From contig JBBRNJ010000066.1 in assembly GCA_038230375.1 (NCBI GenBank), positions 1 to 49,570 of the forward strand: DNA of 49,570 bases. Direction: 5' to 3'. Below are positions 28,186 to 38,074 of this stretch, in pieces (positions within the stretch are counted from its first letter, which is position 1; every line of letters starts with the position of its first letter). This DNA is from Polyangiales bacterium. GTDB lineage: Bacteria > Myxococcota_A > Polyangia > Polyangiales > Polyangiaceae. The notes under the pieces were generated by a model, which had not been told where the DNA came from, ran no database searches, and was given only the letters and a program-made list of their open reading frames with translations. Position numbers and translations under genes: made by a program.

Positions 28186-29850
28186 TCACTCGTGGACGAT
28201 GACGCGCGTGCCGGGATTTTCTTTGGTCGCGAAGACGCCGTGCCAGTGCGGCGGCAGGTTCGGGCCTACCCAGCCGAACATCTCCTTCGCGTCGTGCGGT
28301 GTCATGTTCACGCAGCCGTGGCTGCGCTCGTGACCGAACATGGAATGCCAGAACGCGCCGTGTAGCGCGTAGCTACCGTGAAAATACATGATCCACGGCA
28401 CGTCCTGGATCGAGTACGGGCCGTCGCTCGCGGTGTTGTCTTCCATCGTGGACGCGATGTGCTTCTCGCGGATGGTGAAGGTGCCCTGCACAGTACGGTG
28501 GTCCTTCGCCTTGTCGAAGTCGTCGTGGCGGCCCGTGGAGACGATGGTGGCGAAGACCGGCTTGTCGCCCTCGTACGCGACCAGCGTCTGCGTCTTCAGG
28601 TTCACGTCGATCCATTTCTCGTTCGGCGCGAGATCCGCCGGCGGCTTCGTGGGGCGCGCCACGGTGCCGTCGAAGTCGCGCATCCAGAAGCCCTGGTCCG
28701 TCTCGAAGTAGCCGCGGTCCTCGATCATCTGCGACTTGCCGGTGAGCTTCACGATGGTGAAGCGCTCGAGGTGATCGCCGCCCTTCACCTTGCCGTCTTC
28801 GATCGTGAACTTGCGCGCCTTCTTGCCGAAGATCCAGCCCAGAGGCAGCTTGCGCGGCTCTGCATCGTGACCAACCCACACACCCTCGAACTCGGTGGCG
28901 GGCTTGTGCACCAGCACGTGATCCACCGGCGCGTACTCGCCCGCGGTGGTGCGCCAGAACTTCCCGGAGAAGCCGTTCACCTCTTGATCGAGCGCCAGGT
29001 AGAAGCCCCGCACCATGCGCACGTCGATGAGCCCGCTCTCGCCCTTGATGTCGTCGAGCGACACCTGCGGCTTCTGGCCCTTGTGATCTTGCAGGTACCA
29101 CGGCGTTTCATTTCCACCGCCGCCTCCGCCTCCGCCGCTGGGCGCCTCTGCGCCGCCCAGGTAGCTCGGTGCGTCCGCGCCGCCTGCGCCGGGACCGTCC
29201 GCGCTGCCCGCGGGCTCCGGGTTCTCCGTCTTCTTGTGACGCTTCTTGCCGACCGCGAGGCCGTGCTCGTATTGCTTGCGCTCTGCACGCAATGGCAACC
29301 GGCGATAGAGTGGCGTGCCGTTCGTGAGGTTCAACCCGTACTGATACGGGAGCGGGCCCTCGGTGAGCGGCGCGTGCGGCGCGTTCTTCAGCTGCTTGTC
29401 CGCGGGATCGCGCGTGGCGTACCTTCCGCAGACGAAGCCGCCCTCGACGAGCTCGTACCAGCCCTCGGGACATGACTGCTTCACGCTGGGCTCGGCGTTC
29501 TTCACCTCTGCGACCTGACCCTTGCGCAGGTAGCCAAGCCGCACGACGCCCTTGCGATCGTCGCTCGCCTTCGTGGGATCCTTTGCGGGCCACGCCTCTT
29601 CGCTCAGGATGGGCGTGGGCATACCGGTCGCGATGATCGTGGGCCCAAGCGGCGCATCCGGTCCCGCGCCGCCATCACCGACGACCAGCGTCGCGATGGA
29701 CCCGGGCGGAGGTGCAGGCGCCGCCGTGGTGGACGTTGCTGCGGCGGGGCTCTCCGCCTCGATCCCGCTCGGCCCGGGCGATGGGCGTGCCTGGCACGCG
29801 CCAATCACGATGGCGATGACCGAGCTGTACTCCCGCAGCCGCAACATCAC
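28186..29850 (-). CDS. L,D-transpeptidase (YkuD family), probable lipoprotein
   Basis: WIDVNL..QTL.AYEG, VSTG, ALHGAFWH..FG..RSHGCVN. IGAC lipobox-like. Confidence 0.92.
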   Translation of the reverse strand: MMLRLREYSSVIAIVIGACQARPSPGPSGIEAESPAAATSTTAAPAPPPGSIATLVVGDGGAGPDAPLGPTIIATGMPTPILSEEAWPAKDPTKASDDRKGVVRLGYLRKGQVAEVKNAEPSVKQSCPEGWYELVEGGFVCGRYATRDPADKQLKNAPHAPLTEGPLPYQYGLNLTNGTPLYRRLPLRAERKQYEHGLAVGKKRHKKTENPEPAGSADGPGAGGADAPSYLGGAEAPSGGGGGGGGNETPWYLQDHKGQKPQVSLDDIKGESGLIDVRMVRGFYLALDQEVNGFSGKFWRTTAGEYAPVDHVLVHKPATEFEGVWVGHDAEPRKLPLGWIFGKKARKFTIEDGKVKGGDHLERFTIVKLTGKSQMIEDRGYFETDQGFWMRDFDGTVARPTKPPADLAPNEKWIDVNLKTQTLVAYEGDKPVFATIVSTGRHDDFDKAKDHRTVQGTFTIREKHIASTMEDNTASDGPYSIQDVPWIMYFHGSYALHGAFWHSMFGHERSHGCVNMTPHDAKEMFGWVGPNLPPHWHGVFATKENPGTRVIVHE

Positions 29851-29910
29851 GGCCTGTCGTTACAAAAGGATCGCCTGTCGCGCAAGCCGGGCAGCTCGTA
29901 TATTCGCGGT

Positions 29911-31266
29911 ATGGCAGAAGGATTCGACTTCGTCCGCGGAAAGCACGTCGTTTCCGGGGGGACCGTGGGCCCGCTCGCCATCAGGGTCTCCGGGGGGAAG
30001 ATCACGGAGCTCTTGCCCGAAGGCGCCGTGCCGGCCGGCGCGCGCGTCCTTGATGCGGGTAATCTACACGTATTGCCGGGCATCGTGGACACGCACGTCC
30101 ACATCAACGACCCCGGGCGCGCGCACTGGGAGGGCTTCGCCACAGCCACACGCGCGGCGGCTGCCGGCGGCGTGACCATGCTGATGGACATGCCGCTCAA
30201 CAGCATTCCGCCGACAACCACACCGAACGGGCTCCTCACGAAGGTCGCCGCGATGGATGGGAAGACGCACGTGGACGTGGGGCTGTGCGCGGGGCTCGTG
30301 CCGGGCAACGCGGCGAACGTGCGTGAGGTGTGGGGGGAGGGCGCGCTGGCCTTCAAGTGCTTCCTCGCGGAGACCGGCGTGGACGAGTTTTCGCACGTCA
30401 GCGAGGATGAGCTCACGCGGGGCCTGCGCGGCCTCGCGGACGTGGGCGCGCCGCTGCTGGTTCACGCGGAGCTGCCTCCGCCGCTGGAAGAGGCGGCGAA
30501 GCTCGCGGCCACGCTGGACCCGCGCACGTACGCGTCGTGGCTCGCGTCGCGCCCGAAGGCCGCGGAGGACCAGGCGGTCGACCTGCTGGTGCGTCTGGTG
30601 CGTGACATCCGTGGACGCGCGCACGTCGTGCATCTCTCATCGTCCACGGCGCTGTCGCTGATCGAGCGCGCCCTCCAGGACGGCTTGCCGTTCTCGGCGG
30701 AGACGTGCCCGCACTACCTCACGTTCGCATCGGAGGAGATCGAGGATGGCGAGACCGCGTACAAGTGCGCGCCGCCGATCCGCGAGCGCGAAAACCAGGA
30801 CAAGCTGTGGGCTGCCGTGAAGGACGGACGCATCGTGCAGGTGGTCACGGATCATTCACCGTCCGACGCTCCCATGAAGTGCAGCGAATCAGGCGACTTC
30901 ATGAAGGCGTGGGGCGGCATCTCCTCGCTCGAGCTCGGGCTCCGGGCGGTGTGGACGGGGGCGCGCGCGCGCGGCATGACGATCGTGGACGTGGTGCGCC
31001 TCATGTGTGAAGCGCCCGCGCGCCTGATCGGCATGACGGGACGCAAGGGCGTGATCGCCGTCGGCGCTGATGCAGACTTCTGCTTCTTCGATCCGGACGC
31101 GGACTTCGTCTGCGACAAGGACGTCCTCCAGCACAAGAACAAGATCTCGCCCTACGACAGGCGCACCATGAAGGGCCGCGTGCATCGTACGATCCTGCGC
31201 GGCACCACCATCTACGACGACGGTGCATTCACCCTGAATCAAGGGCGCTGGGTGCGCCGGGCGTGA
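29911..31266 (+). CDS. allB: Allantoinase
   Basis: PGIVDTHVHINDPGR.HWEGF, DMPLNSIPPTT, AFKCFL, HAE, ETCPHYL, KCAPPIR, DHSP, AWGGISSL. Confidence 0.95.
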   Translation: MAEGFDFVRGKHVVSGGTVGPLAIRVSGGKITELLPEGAVPAGARVLDAGNLHVLPGIVDTHVHINDPGRAHWEGFATATRAAAAGGVTMLMDMPLNSIPPTTTPNGLLTKVAAMDGKTHVDVGLCAGLVPGNAANVREVWGEGALAFKCFLAETGVDEFSHVSEDELTRGLRGLADVGAPLLVHAELPPPLEEAAKLAATLDPRTYASWLASRPKAAEDQAVDLLVRLVRDIRGRAHVVHLSSSTALSLIERALQDGLPFSAETCPHYLTFASEEIEDGETAYKCAPPIRERENQDKLWAAVKDGRIVQVVTDHSPSDAPMKCSESGDFMKAWGGISSLELGLRAVWTGARARGMTIVDVVRLMCEAPARLIGMTGRKGVIAVGADADFCFFDPDADFVCDKDVLQHKNKISPYDRRTMKGRVHRTILRGTTIYDDGAFTLNQGRWVRRA

Positions 31267-31277
31267 AACCGGTTAGC

Positions 31278-32135
31278 ATGAAGACGATGCGCCGCGCCCA
31301 TGTCGCCCCCTTCGTCGCGGTAGGTGTAGTGCTCACTGCGGCGACGGCAGTGGTGGCTTGCTCGCCGTTCTCGGGCTCCGACGCCGCGGTCTCCACGGAT
31401 TCCGGCGCAGCGGCGAACCATCAAGATGGTGCCACGGGCGCCGATGGTGGCTCGGGGTCATCGGGCTTCGATTACGACACCTGCGCGAACCGCATCCACG
31501 TGACCGAGGGCTTCGAAGACGGCGGCTTTCCGCCCGCGCCCTGGAAGGCCGAGTCCTACGGTGGGGGCACCGCCAGACTCGAGACCACGGTGGTCAACAC
31601 GGGAAGGGGATCGCTCAAGGCCGACCTCGTCGCGAACACCCCTGGTAGCGGAGGCATGATCGGCTACGTGCTTCCGATCAAGGCGCTCCCGCGCGGTATC
31701 CGCGTCCGCTACGCCTACAAGCCTGTCGCAGCAGACTTCAAAGGCACGTTCTACGCAGAGGTCGGCTGCAACGTGGCGTTCGCGACGAGCGACAACAACA
31801 ACGCCTTCATCGACTACGCCAGTGGCACGACCGAGATCGGGCTCGGCGGACTCAATGCGGGCCCCCTCGCGAACGGATTCGACACGGACGTGTGGCGCCG
31901 CGTGAGTCACGAGCTACTCATCGACACCGCGGCACCACCAGGCGATGCGGGGGTGGCCCTCTACACGACTCTCAGTGACCCTTCCGGAGGCAACAGCACC
32001 GCGGGCCTCAACGCCAGTCTCCACGGGACACTTCTGCCCATCGAGATCTTCTGCGGTATCCCCTACGCGCTCAGCGACCTGGGCTCCACACTCACCGCCT
32101 ACGTGGACGACGTCGAGATCGACGTTTGCCCGTAG
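31278..32135 (+). CDS. Hypothetical lipoprotein (beta-sandwich-like)
   Basis: Lipobox VVAC, DG-rich linker, EGFE...W and C-terminal YVDDVEID. Alternative GTG start at 31263. Confidence 0.7.
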   Translation: MKTMRRAHVAPFVAVGVVLTAATAVVACSPFSGSDAAVSTDSGAAANHQDGATGADGGSGSSGFDYDTCANRIHVTEGFEDGGFPPAPWKAESYGGGTARLETTVVNTGRGSLKADLVANTPGSGGMIGYVLPIKALPRGIRVRYAYKPVAADFKGTFYAEVGCNVAFATSDNNNAFIDYASGTTEIGLGGLNAGPLANGFDTDVWRRVSHELLIDTAAPPGDAGVALYTTLSDPSGGNSTAGLNASLHGTLLPIEIFCGIPYALSDLGSTLTAYVDDVEIDVCP

Positions 32136-32198
32136 GACGAGCTCGCCTGCAGCCCTGCGCGCGTGTACCGCAGCGCCACGTGCGAGTGATACTCTGGA

Positions 32199-33023
32199 GT
32201 GGTGCTTCAGGCGACAACGCTCCGGGAATTTGCAGAGCGCCCTTTCGGTCGCTGTGTCAGCGGTGATGGCTGGCTCTACTACGCGTCAGCGGACGGTGCG
32301 CTCTTCGGCATCGTATGCTGGGGCGCCGTACGCGACTCGGATCTCGACAAGCTGAAGGCCGGCATGGACGCCGGGCTCTCGCCTTCGCTACAGCCTCACG
32401 TGACCCTGATCGACACGCGCCGCCTGCGAAGCGTCGACGCGCAAGCTTTCGCGGTGCTTGCGGGCTATGTCGACGGTCGCCGCGCGGCGCTGACGCGCTC
32501 CGTCAGCCGGCTCGCGGTCGTTCGTTCCGACGGTCTTCTTGGCTCCGTGGCCGAGGGCTTCTATCAGGTCGTCGCGCCGCCGTACCCGGTGCAAGTCTTC
32601 GCCGATCTCGATCGCGCCCTGACCTGGCTCGGCGTGGGCGCACGGGCTGTCGAAGCCGTTCGAGCAGCCGAGAGGATGCAGGCCGACGTCGTCGGTCTGG
32701 CGCCGTTCGTCCGCGATCTGCGCGCATTCCTGGAAGCATCGCCTTCCAGTGCGTCGCTGGCAGCGGCAGCGCGCGCCCTTGGCCTCTCGCCCCGAACGTT
32801 TCAGCGGCGGCTTCGCGACGCCAGAATACGATTCAAATCAGAGGTCGCCATCTCGCGCATCCGATTGGCGCAAGAACGGCTCGCGGACCCGGGCGTGCCG
32901 ATCACGGCTCTGGCAATGGAGCTCGGTTTCGCCTCGTCCCAACACTTTTCGAACTGCTTCCGTCGGGTCATCGGCACCTCGCCGAGCCAGTGGCGAAAGT
33001 CACGGCAGGCCGTGCGGCCCTGA
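32199..33023 (+). CDS. AraC-family regulator with a STAS/SEC14-like N-terminus
   Basis: AARALGLSPRTFQRRL and LAMELGFASSQHFSNCFRRVIGTSPSQWR. Confidence 0.9.
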   Translation: MVLQATTLREFAERPFGRCVSGDGWLYYASADGALFGIVCWGAVRDSDLDKLKAGMDAGLSPSLQPHVTLIDTRRLRSVDAQAFAVLAGYVDGRRAALTRSVSRLAVVRSDGLLGSVAEGFYQVVAPPYPVQVFADLDRALTWLGVGARAVEAVRAAERMQADVVGLAPFVRDLRAFLEASPSSASLAAAARALGLSPRTFQRRLRDARIRFKSEVAISRIRLAQERLADPGVPITALAMELGFASSQHFSNCFRRVIGTSPSQWRKSRQAVRP

Positions 33024-33203
33024 GCGGCGCCAGGGCTTGCATTCTGCGTTCGTAGCGTGTCCCGGCGTGGGTCAGATGGCGCGCAAACGCACACCATTGG
33101 TATCGTTCCGTGTAGATTCTCGAGGCGGTCGTACCTACGATCCGTTCATCGCCCATCGATTCGGCGCCGCCCTCTCACCATCCCACTACTGCGGAGTACG
33201 ACC

Positions 33204-33755
33204 ATGCTTACCATCCGACGCGCTACGACATTCACTATCACCCTCGCGTTGACCCTCGCCGTGTCGGCCTGTAGCTCCTCATCCACGACGAGCACGGGTG
33301 ATGGTGGTGGTGGTGGTGGCTCCGATCCCACAGTGTCCACGGCCGATTGTACGTCGCAATGTCAGACCAAAGCGACGATGTGTGGGGCGTCGGCGGCGAC
33401 GGGCCAGTCGCAGTGCGCCAGTATCTGCATGGGCAGCCTCACGCAGTCGCAGCTGACTTGCTTCTCCAGCTCAGCGTGCTCGGCGCTCGCGACGGTGAAA
33501 GACGCGGCAAGCCTCAACGGTGCATGCCCAAAGGGTAGCTCGGGCAGCGACGCAGGCGGTGGGACCACGGGTGATGATGCGGGAACGACGTGCGGCCTGA
33601 ACGGAACGGGCGAGAGGTGGTCCTGCAAGTGCGCCACGGATACGGAAACGGTCTGCGTTCTTCCGGGCAAGAAGGTCTGTGACGTCGCGTGCTTCGGGAC
33701 CAACAACACATGTGACGAGAAAAAGTGCGCTGTTGGCGGTACGCCGCCCCAGTAG
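33204..33755 (+). CDS. Cys-rich lipoprotein
   Basis: GGAG RBS, lipobox VSAC, CxxxC helical Cys motifs and DAGG linkers. Confidence 0.75.
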   Translation: MLTIRRATTFTITLALTLAVSACSSSSTTSTGDGGGGGGSDPTVSTADCTSQCQTKATMCGASAATGQSQCASICMGSLTQSQLTCFSSSACSALATVKDAASLNGACPKGSSGSDAGGGTTGDDAGTTCGLNGTGERWSCKCATDTETVCVLPGKKVCDVACFGTNNTCDEKKCAVGGTPPQ

Positions 33756-33801
33756 ACGCGAGCGACCTCACGCCGCTCCGCTGACGTTGCGGCGCAGGGC
33801 G

Positions 33802-34725
33802 ATGCGAGCGATGCTTGCCCTCGTGATTTGGCGTGCCCTTCGCGTTCGTGCGGCTCTCGCGCTCGTGTGTGCGACGGCGTCGCTCACGCCGCTCGCGTCG
33901 GCCTGCGGTGACTCGTACGTGGAGCACGCCAAGGTGTCGTATGACCCGCGCTTCGGGGACAGCACCATCATGGATATCTACGGGCCCACGGGGGATGGTC
34001 CGTTCCCCGCCGTCTTGATGATCCACGGCGGCAGCTGGTCGGGCGGCGATCGAACCGAGTACTCCGACCCGGCGAAGCGCCTGGCTCGCTCCGGCTACGT
34101 GACCGCATCGATCGAGTACCGACTCACGCCGGCGGGAAAGTATCCGGTCGACGTGCAAGACTGCCTCTGCGCGCTCGCGTTCCTGCGTCTTCACGCGGAC
34201 GAGTACCACGTGGATCCGGCGCGCGTCGCCGCATGGGGATACTCCGCGGGCGGTCATCTGGTCTCGATCATCGGTGCCGCAGCGGACGAGCCCACGCACG
34301 CGCCGGATTGTCCCGCGGCAGGTGGAAGGCCCGTGGCGCCGCCCGCGGCAGTGGTTGCGGGCGCTGCGCCAGAAGACTTTCGCGGGTGGGATTGGGCGAG
34401 CGACTATCTTGGTGGTCACGAGTCCGATCGCCCGGAGATCTACGTGCGGGCGTCGCCCATCACGCATGTGCGCCCAGGCATGCCGCCATTCCTGTTCATC
34501 AACGGCGATGCCGATCTCATCGTGCCACCGGACATGGCGCGCCGCATGCGGGACGCGATGGTCGCCTCGGGCAACGACGCGAGCGTGCTCGTCATCACGG
34601 GAGGTGGGCACCTGATCAACACGAACAAGAGCGGCGCATGGGACGTGGAGCTCGCCGATCTCACGCCGGAGGCATGGGTCGCGGCGATCGCATTCCTCGA
34701 TCGCACGGTGGGCAGACGACCATGA
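33802..34725 (+). CDS. Esterase/lipase (HSL/BD-FAE-type alpha/beta hydrolase), lipoprotein
   Basis: IHGGSW, YRL, GYSAGGHL, GDADLIVP, GGGH. Confidence 0.9.
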   Translation: MRAMLALVIWRALRVRAALALVCATASLTPLASACGDSYVEHAKVSYDPRFGDSTIMDIYGPTGDGPFPAVLMIHGGSWSGGDRTEYSDPAKRLARSGYVTASIEYRLTPAGKYPVDVQDCLCALAFLRLHADEYHVDPARVAAWGYSAGGHLVSIIGAAADEPTHAPDCPAAGGRPVAPPAAVVAGAAPEDFRGWDWASDYLGGHESDRPEIYVRASPITHVRPGMPPFLFINGDADLIVPPDMARRMRDAMVASGNDASVLVITGGGHLINTNKSGAWDVELADLTPEAWVAAIAFLDRTVGRRP

Positions 34726-35333
34726 GCTGGCGCCTCGCCGTCGTCGGAGCCGCGCTCTCGCTGCTCGTTGCGCGCCACGCAGAGGCCGCCGATGACGACG
34801 CGCCCGCGGTGCACGCCGCTTCGGCGCCCGCGAGCCCCATCCCGGTGGCAAGACCGCCGCGCAATGCGCTCTCATTGCAGCTCATGTCGATCGTGAATTC
34901 AGGCGTCAACGTCCAGTATGACCGGCTCCTGGCGCCGAACTTCAGCTTCGGTCCTTCGCTGGGATTCCGACGGAGCGGCGGCGCGGACATCGATGTTCTG
35001 GAGTCGAACTTCGGTATCGAGAGCCGCCACTGGCTCATCGGAAGAGAGCCGTTCTCGCGCTTCGACGGCCGCGCCATGGTCGGGCCGTACGTGTCCGCGC
35101 GCATCGACTTCGGCATCACCCGCGACACACAGAATGGCCATGTGCTGGGAACACAGATGAGCGTCGCAGAGGGCGTCGCGCTCGGGATGCGCTTCGTGAT
35201 CGTCCGGCGGTTCGAGGTGACGCCGAGCGCGGGCCTTGGCCTTCGCACCGACTTCGACCCACGCGGACGCCTCGCGCCGTTCTGGAGAGGCGAGCTCGGT
35301 CGTTTCGCGGTCTATGCCGGCGTGATGTTCTGA
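34722..35333 (+). CDS. Small outer-membrane beta-barrel protein
   Basis: Signal peptide ending AEA, alternating strands and C-terminal YAGVMF. ATGA overlap with the esterase. Confidence 0.7.
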   Translation: MSWRLAVVGAALSLLVARHAEAADDDAPAVHAASAPASPIPVARPPRNALSLQLMSIVNSGVNVQYDRLLAPNFSFGPSLGFRRSGGADIDVLESNFGIESRHWLIGREPFSRFDGRAMVGPYVSARIDFGITRDTQNGHVLGTQMSVAEGVALGMRFVIVRRFEVTPSAGLGLRTDFDPRGRLAPFWRGELGRFAVYAGVMF

Positions 35334-35343
35334 GCAACGGAGC

Positions 35344-35907
35344 TCACGGACCGCTGCGGTCTGTGGTTGGCGCGCGCTCGTCGTTCGGACCTCGTTCCAG
35401 CGTCTCCTCGATCGCGAGCACGAGACCGCTCGCGTCCACGGGCTGCTTCATCTCATCGGCGACGGGGTCCTCGCGATTGCGCACGTTCGGTAGGTCCCTG
35501 CGGAGCTCCTCCGTCAGGTCGATCAGCTTTGCGATCTTCTGCTCGATGACCAGGCTCACCTGCAGATCAAGGTGCGAGTGCGACTCCGAGACGCGTGCGT
35601 GCCGGTTCTGCGTCGTGAGAATGGTGGTGGTGAGCACGAGCGCCGCCAGGCTGACGACACACTGGAGACCCGTGAACGGCGGCGGGTCGGGGCATGGGAG
35701 GCCCCAGTGCCGAGCGACGGTGTTCCATGCGATCCAGACTGCGGCGACGGCGATGACCGCATAGAGCGTGCGCGGCTGACCGACCTCCGTGGTGACCCGC
35801 TCGATGCGCCGGTGGTTCTTGGTCGTTTGTTGCGCGCGCGCATGGATCGCCACCACGGTCTCGAGGTCATGGTTCGGGCGCTCTGCGGGATTGTCCGTCT
35901 CCACCAT
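35344..35907 (-). CDS. DUF1003-family membrane protein
   Basis: WIAWN...DPPPF..L..VVSLAA...IL.TQNR...DLQV...EQKI. Confidence 0.8.
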   Translation of the reverse strand: MVETDNPAERPNHDLETVVAIHARAQQTTKNHRRIERVTTEVGQPRTLYAVIAVAAVWIAWNTVARHWGLPCPDPPPFTGLQCVVSLAALVLTTTILTTQNRHARVSESHSHLDLQVSLVIEQKIAKLIDLTEELRRDLPNVRNREDPVADEMKQPVDASGLVLAIEETLERGPNDERAPTTDRSGP

Positions 35908-36016
35908 GACGACACTAATGCAAGCGCTCGGCCATCGTCGCACAGTCCACGATCCATCGCCGCCACGCAGTCGGTGTGGCAATACCGCTCAGTGAGACAG
36001 AATTGCTTGCCCCGCG

Positions 36017-38032
36017 ATGTCCCGCCTCGGTCATTCACGGCGCCCCGCTCCTGGCGTGGGCGTTGCGTACTCGCCGTTCATGCGCGACCAGGTCAAGCGG
36101 CTCACGACGGCGTTGCGCGCCCTGCTTCACCGGCCCCGTTCGTCGTTGCACGGTCGCGCGGTGCGCGTCGGGAAGTGGGCGCTGCTCGCGGTGGTGGCCA
36201 TGGAGCTGCTCTACCTGGTCGCCGCCAACACGCTTCTTCGTACGCGCATTCTCCGCAACCTGATCGATGACGATCGCGAAAGCCTCGACCTCGAGTACGG
36301 GAGCGCATGGTCTCTGCTTCCGGGCGTGGTCCATGTCGAGGATCTCTCGATTCGCGGTCGCGGTGACAGCATCGAGTGGTGGCTTCACATCGACCACGCA
36401 GAGTTCCGCGTGGGTCTCTTCGACCTGTGCCGCAAACGCTTCCACACCTCGTACACCACCGTGGAGACGCTCGATCTTCGGATTCGCCTCCGCCTTCGCG
36501 CGGAAGAGCTATCGCCCGACGTCGTCGCGGCATTGCCGGACATCACCGGCTTCTCGAACCCACCGCTGCGCGACCCGCCGGAGGCAAAGGAGGTCGCGGA
36601 GCCCGTGTCATGGGTCCTGGATCTGGAGCGAGTCGACGTTCGCCACGCGCGCGACGTCTGGATCCATTCCATGCGCTACGTCGGTGAGACTCGCGTCCAC
36701 GGTCGCTGGACCATGGTCCCGAATCGGAGGCTCGAGGTCGGCCCTGCTCACCTGGAGCTGTCGTCGCTCACTGCGTCTTACGGAAGCGCACCGATCGGGA
36801 CTGGGCTTTCCGGGGCGTTCGACGTGACCATCGACGACGTGCCGATTGATGGTGATGATCCGAGCCCGGCGATCTTCCGCGCGCTCTCGCTCTACGGTGC
36901 GGTCGACGGGGAGGGGCATACGAGCGCGGGGCTGTCGCGGCTCATCGGCGTGCCGGGCCTCACCTTGATCTCCGGGAGAGGGCCAACACACGTGGAAGCC
37001 CACCTGGTCCACGGCGTCTTCGGGGCGCATACGACGGTCGCGGCGGAGCTCGCGGGTGTGGACGTACGCGCTGGCCGCGAAGAGCTGTCGTTCGCCGCGA
37101 AGGTGTCTGCGAACCTGGAGCGAACGGACATAGGGCTCGTGCACCCGCGCGGCTCACTGTCGGAGACCGAAGTCGCATTGACGGATGTGGCGCTCGCGCA
37201 TGCAGAGCTGGGCGCGATCGCGCGCGTCTCACACGCGGAATTCCGGACCGGCTCGCTCACCCTGGCCTCCGACGAGGGAGCGCGCGGCGTTCTGGACGTG
37301 CGCGCGCCGAGCGTGGTGCTGGCCGACGCAAGCAGGTTCCGTTCGCTGCTTGGCTCTGGAGACAGCGTGGTGCTCGAGCACGGCGCGGCGACCGCCGCCA
37401 TCGGGCTCGACATCGATGCCGCGTCGCTCTCGATGCAAGGCGAGGTCTTGCTGCACGCGCCGGCCCTCACCGTGAAGGTGGAAGAGAGGACCATGAGCGG
37501 CGATCTCCTCGCCCGGCTCGTCGCGAAGCGCGTCGGGGACCGCACGGACCTCGCCACGAGCAAGCTCGCGTTCAACGAAGCTCGCGCCTCCGGAACGCAT
37601 CAGGAGCCGTGGTTCGCCCATGCGACCATGAACAGAGCGTCGCTCACGATCAAGCCGTCTACACGGCTGGCAGCGCAGTTCACGGGCGCGGCGCGGGATT
37701 CGAGCCCTGGTGGGTTCCTCGTTCACGCAATGACCTCGCTCCCGCCCGCGCCGGGGTCCGCGAGCAACGGTGGGCGCGTCGACTTCGGCGGCGGTGTGGT
37801 GGTCACTCATACGCTGCTCTCGCTGCACGACTTCGTTGCCACGTGCGGTGCGGCGTCCGTCCGCGTGACGTACTGTCGCGACAAGGGCGGCAGCGTTGGC
37901 AGCGCCATCGTCGGCGTGGCGGGCGGGCACGTCACGGTGGACCTCGCGGAGCCGTCGGAGGGCCGCGGTGGAGCAACGCCGCAATCGAGCGAGTGCGCAC
38001 GAAGCCATTCATCCCCAGCTTCTACGCTATGA
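36017..38032 (+). CDS. Membrane-anchored beta-rich envelope protein (AsmA-like?)
   Basis: Single N-terminal TM (LYLVAAN.LL), Y.SAWSL.PG.VHV and a long beta-rich body. Start could be 36080. Confidence 0.6.
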   Translation: MSRLGHSRRPAPGVGVAYSPFMRDQVKRLTTALRALLHRPRSSLHGRAVRVGKWALLAVVAMELLYLVAANTLLRTRILRNLIDDDRESLDLEYGSAWSLLPGVVHVEDLSIRGRGDSIEWWLHIDHAEFRVGLFDLCRKRFHTSYTTVETLDLRIRLRLRAEELSPDVVAALPDITGFSNPPLRDPPEAKEVAEPVSWVLDLERVDVRHARDVWIHSMRYVGETRVHGRWTMVPNRRLEVGPAHLELSSLTASYGSAPIGTGLSGAFDVTIDDVPIDGDDPSPAIFRALSLYGAVDGEGHTSAGLSRLIGVPGLTLISGRGPTHVEAHLVHGVFGAHTTVAAELAGVDVRAGREELSFAAKVSANLERTDIGLVHPRGSLSETEVALTDVALAHAELGAIARVSHAEFRTGSLTLASDEGARGVLDVRAPSVVLADASRFRSLLGSGDSVVLEHGAATAAIGLDIDAASLSMQGEVLLHAPALTVKVEERTMSGDLLARLVAKRVGDRTDLATSKLAFNEARASGTHQEPWFAHATMNRASLTIKPSTRLAAQFTGAARDSSPGGFLVHAMTSLPPAPGSASNGGRVDFGGGVVVTHTLLSLHDFVATCGAASVRVTYCRDKGGSVGSAIVGVAGGHVTVDLAEPSEGRGGATPQSSECARSHSSPASTL

Positions 38033-38074
38033 GCGCCGGCCGCCCCTCTCCTTGAGGTAGAGTGCCGAGCCAAC

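Noticed and set aside
31267..38074. Mobile element or genomic island with defined ends
   Set aside because: No integrase, transposase, tRNA or flanking direct repeats were seen.
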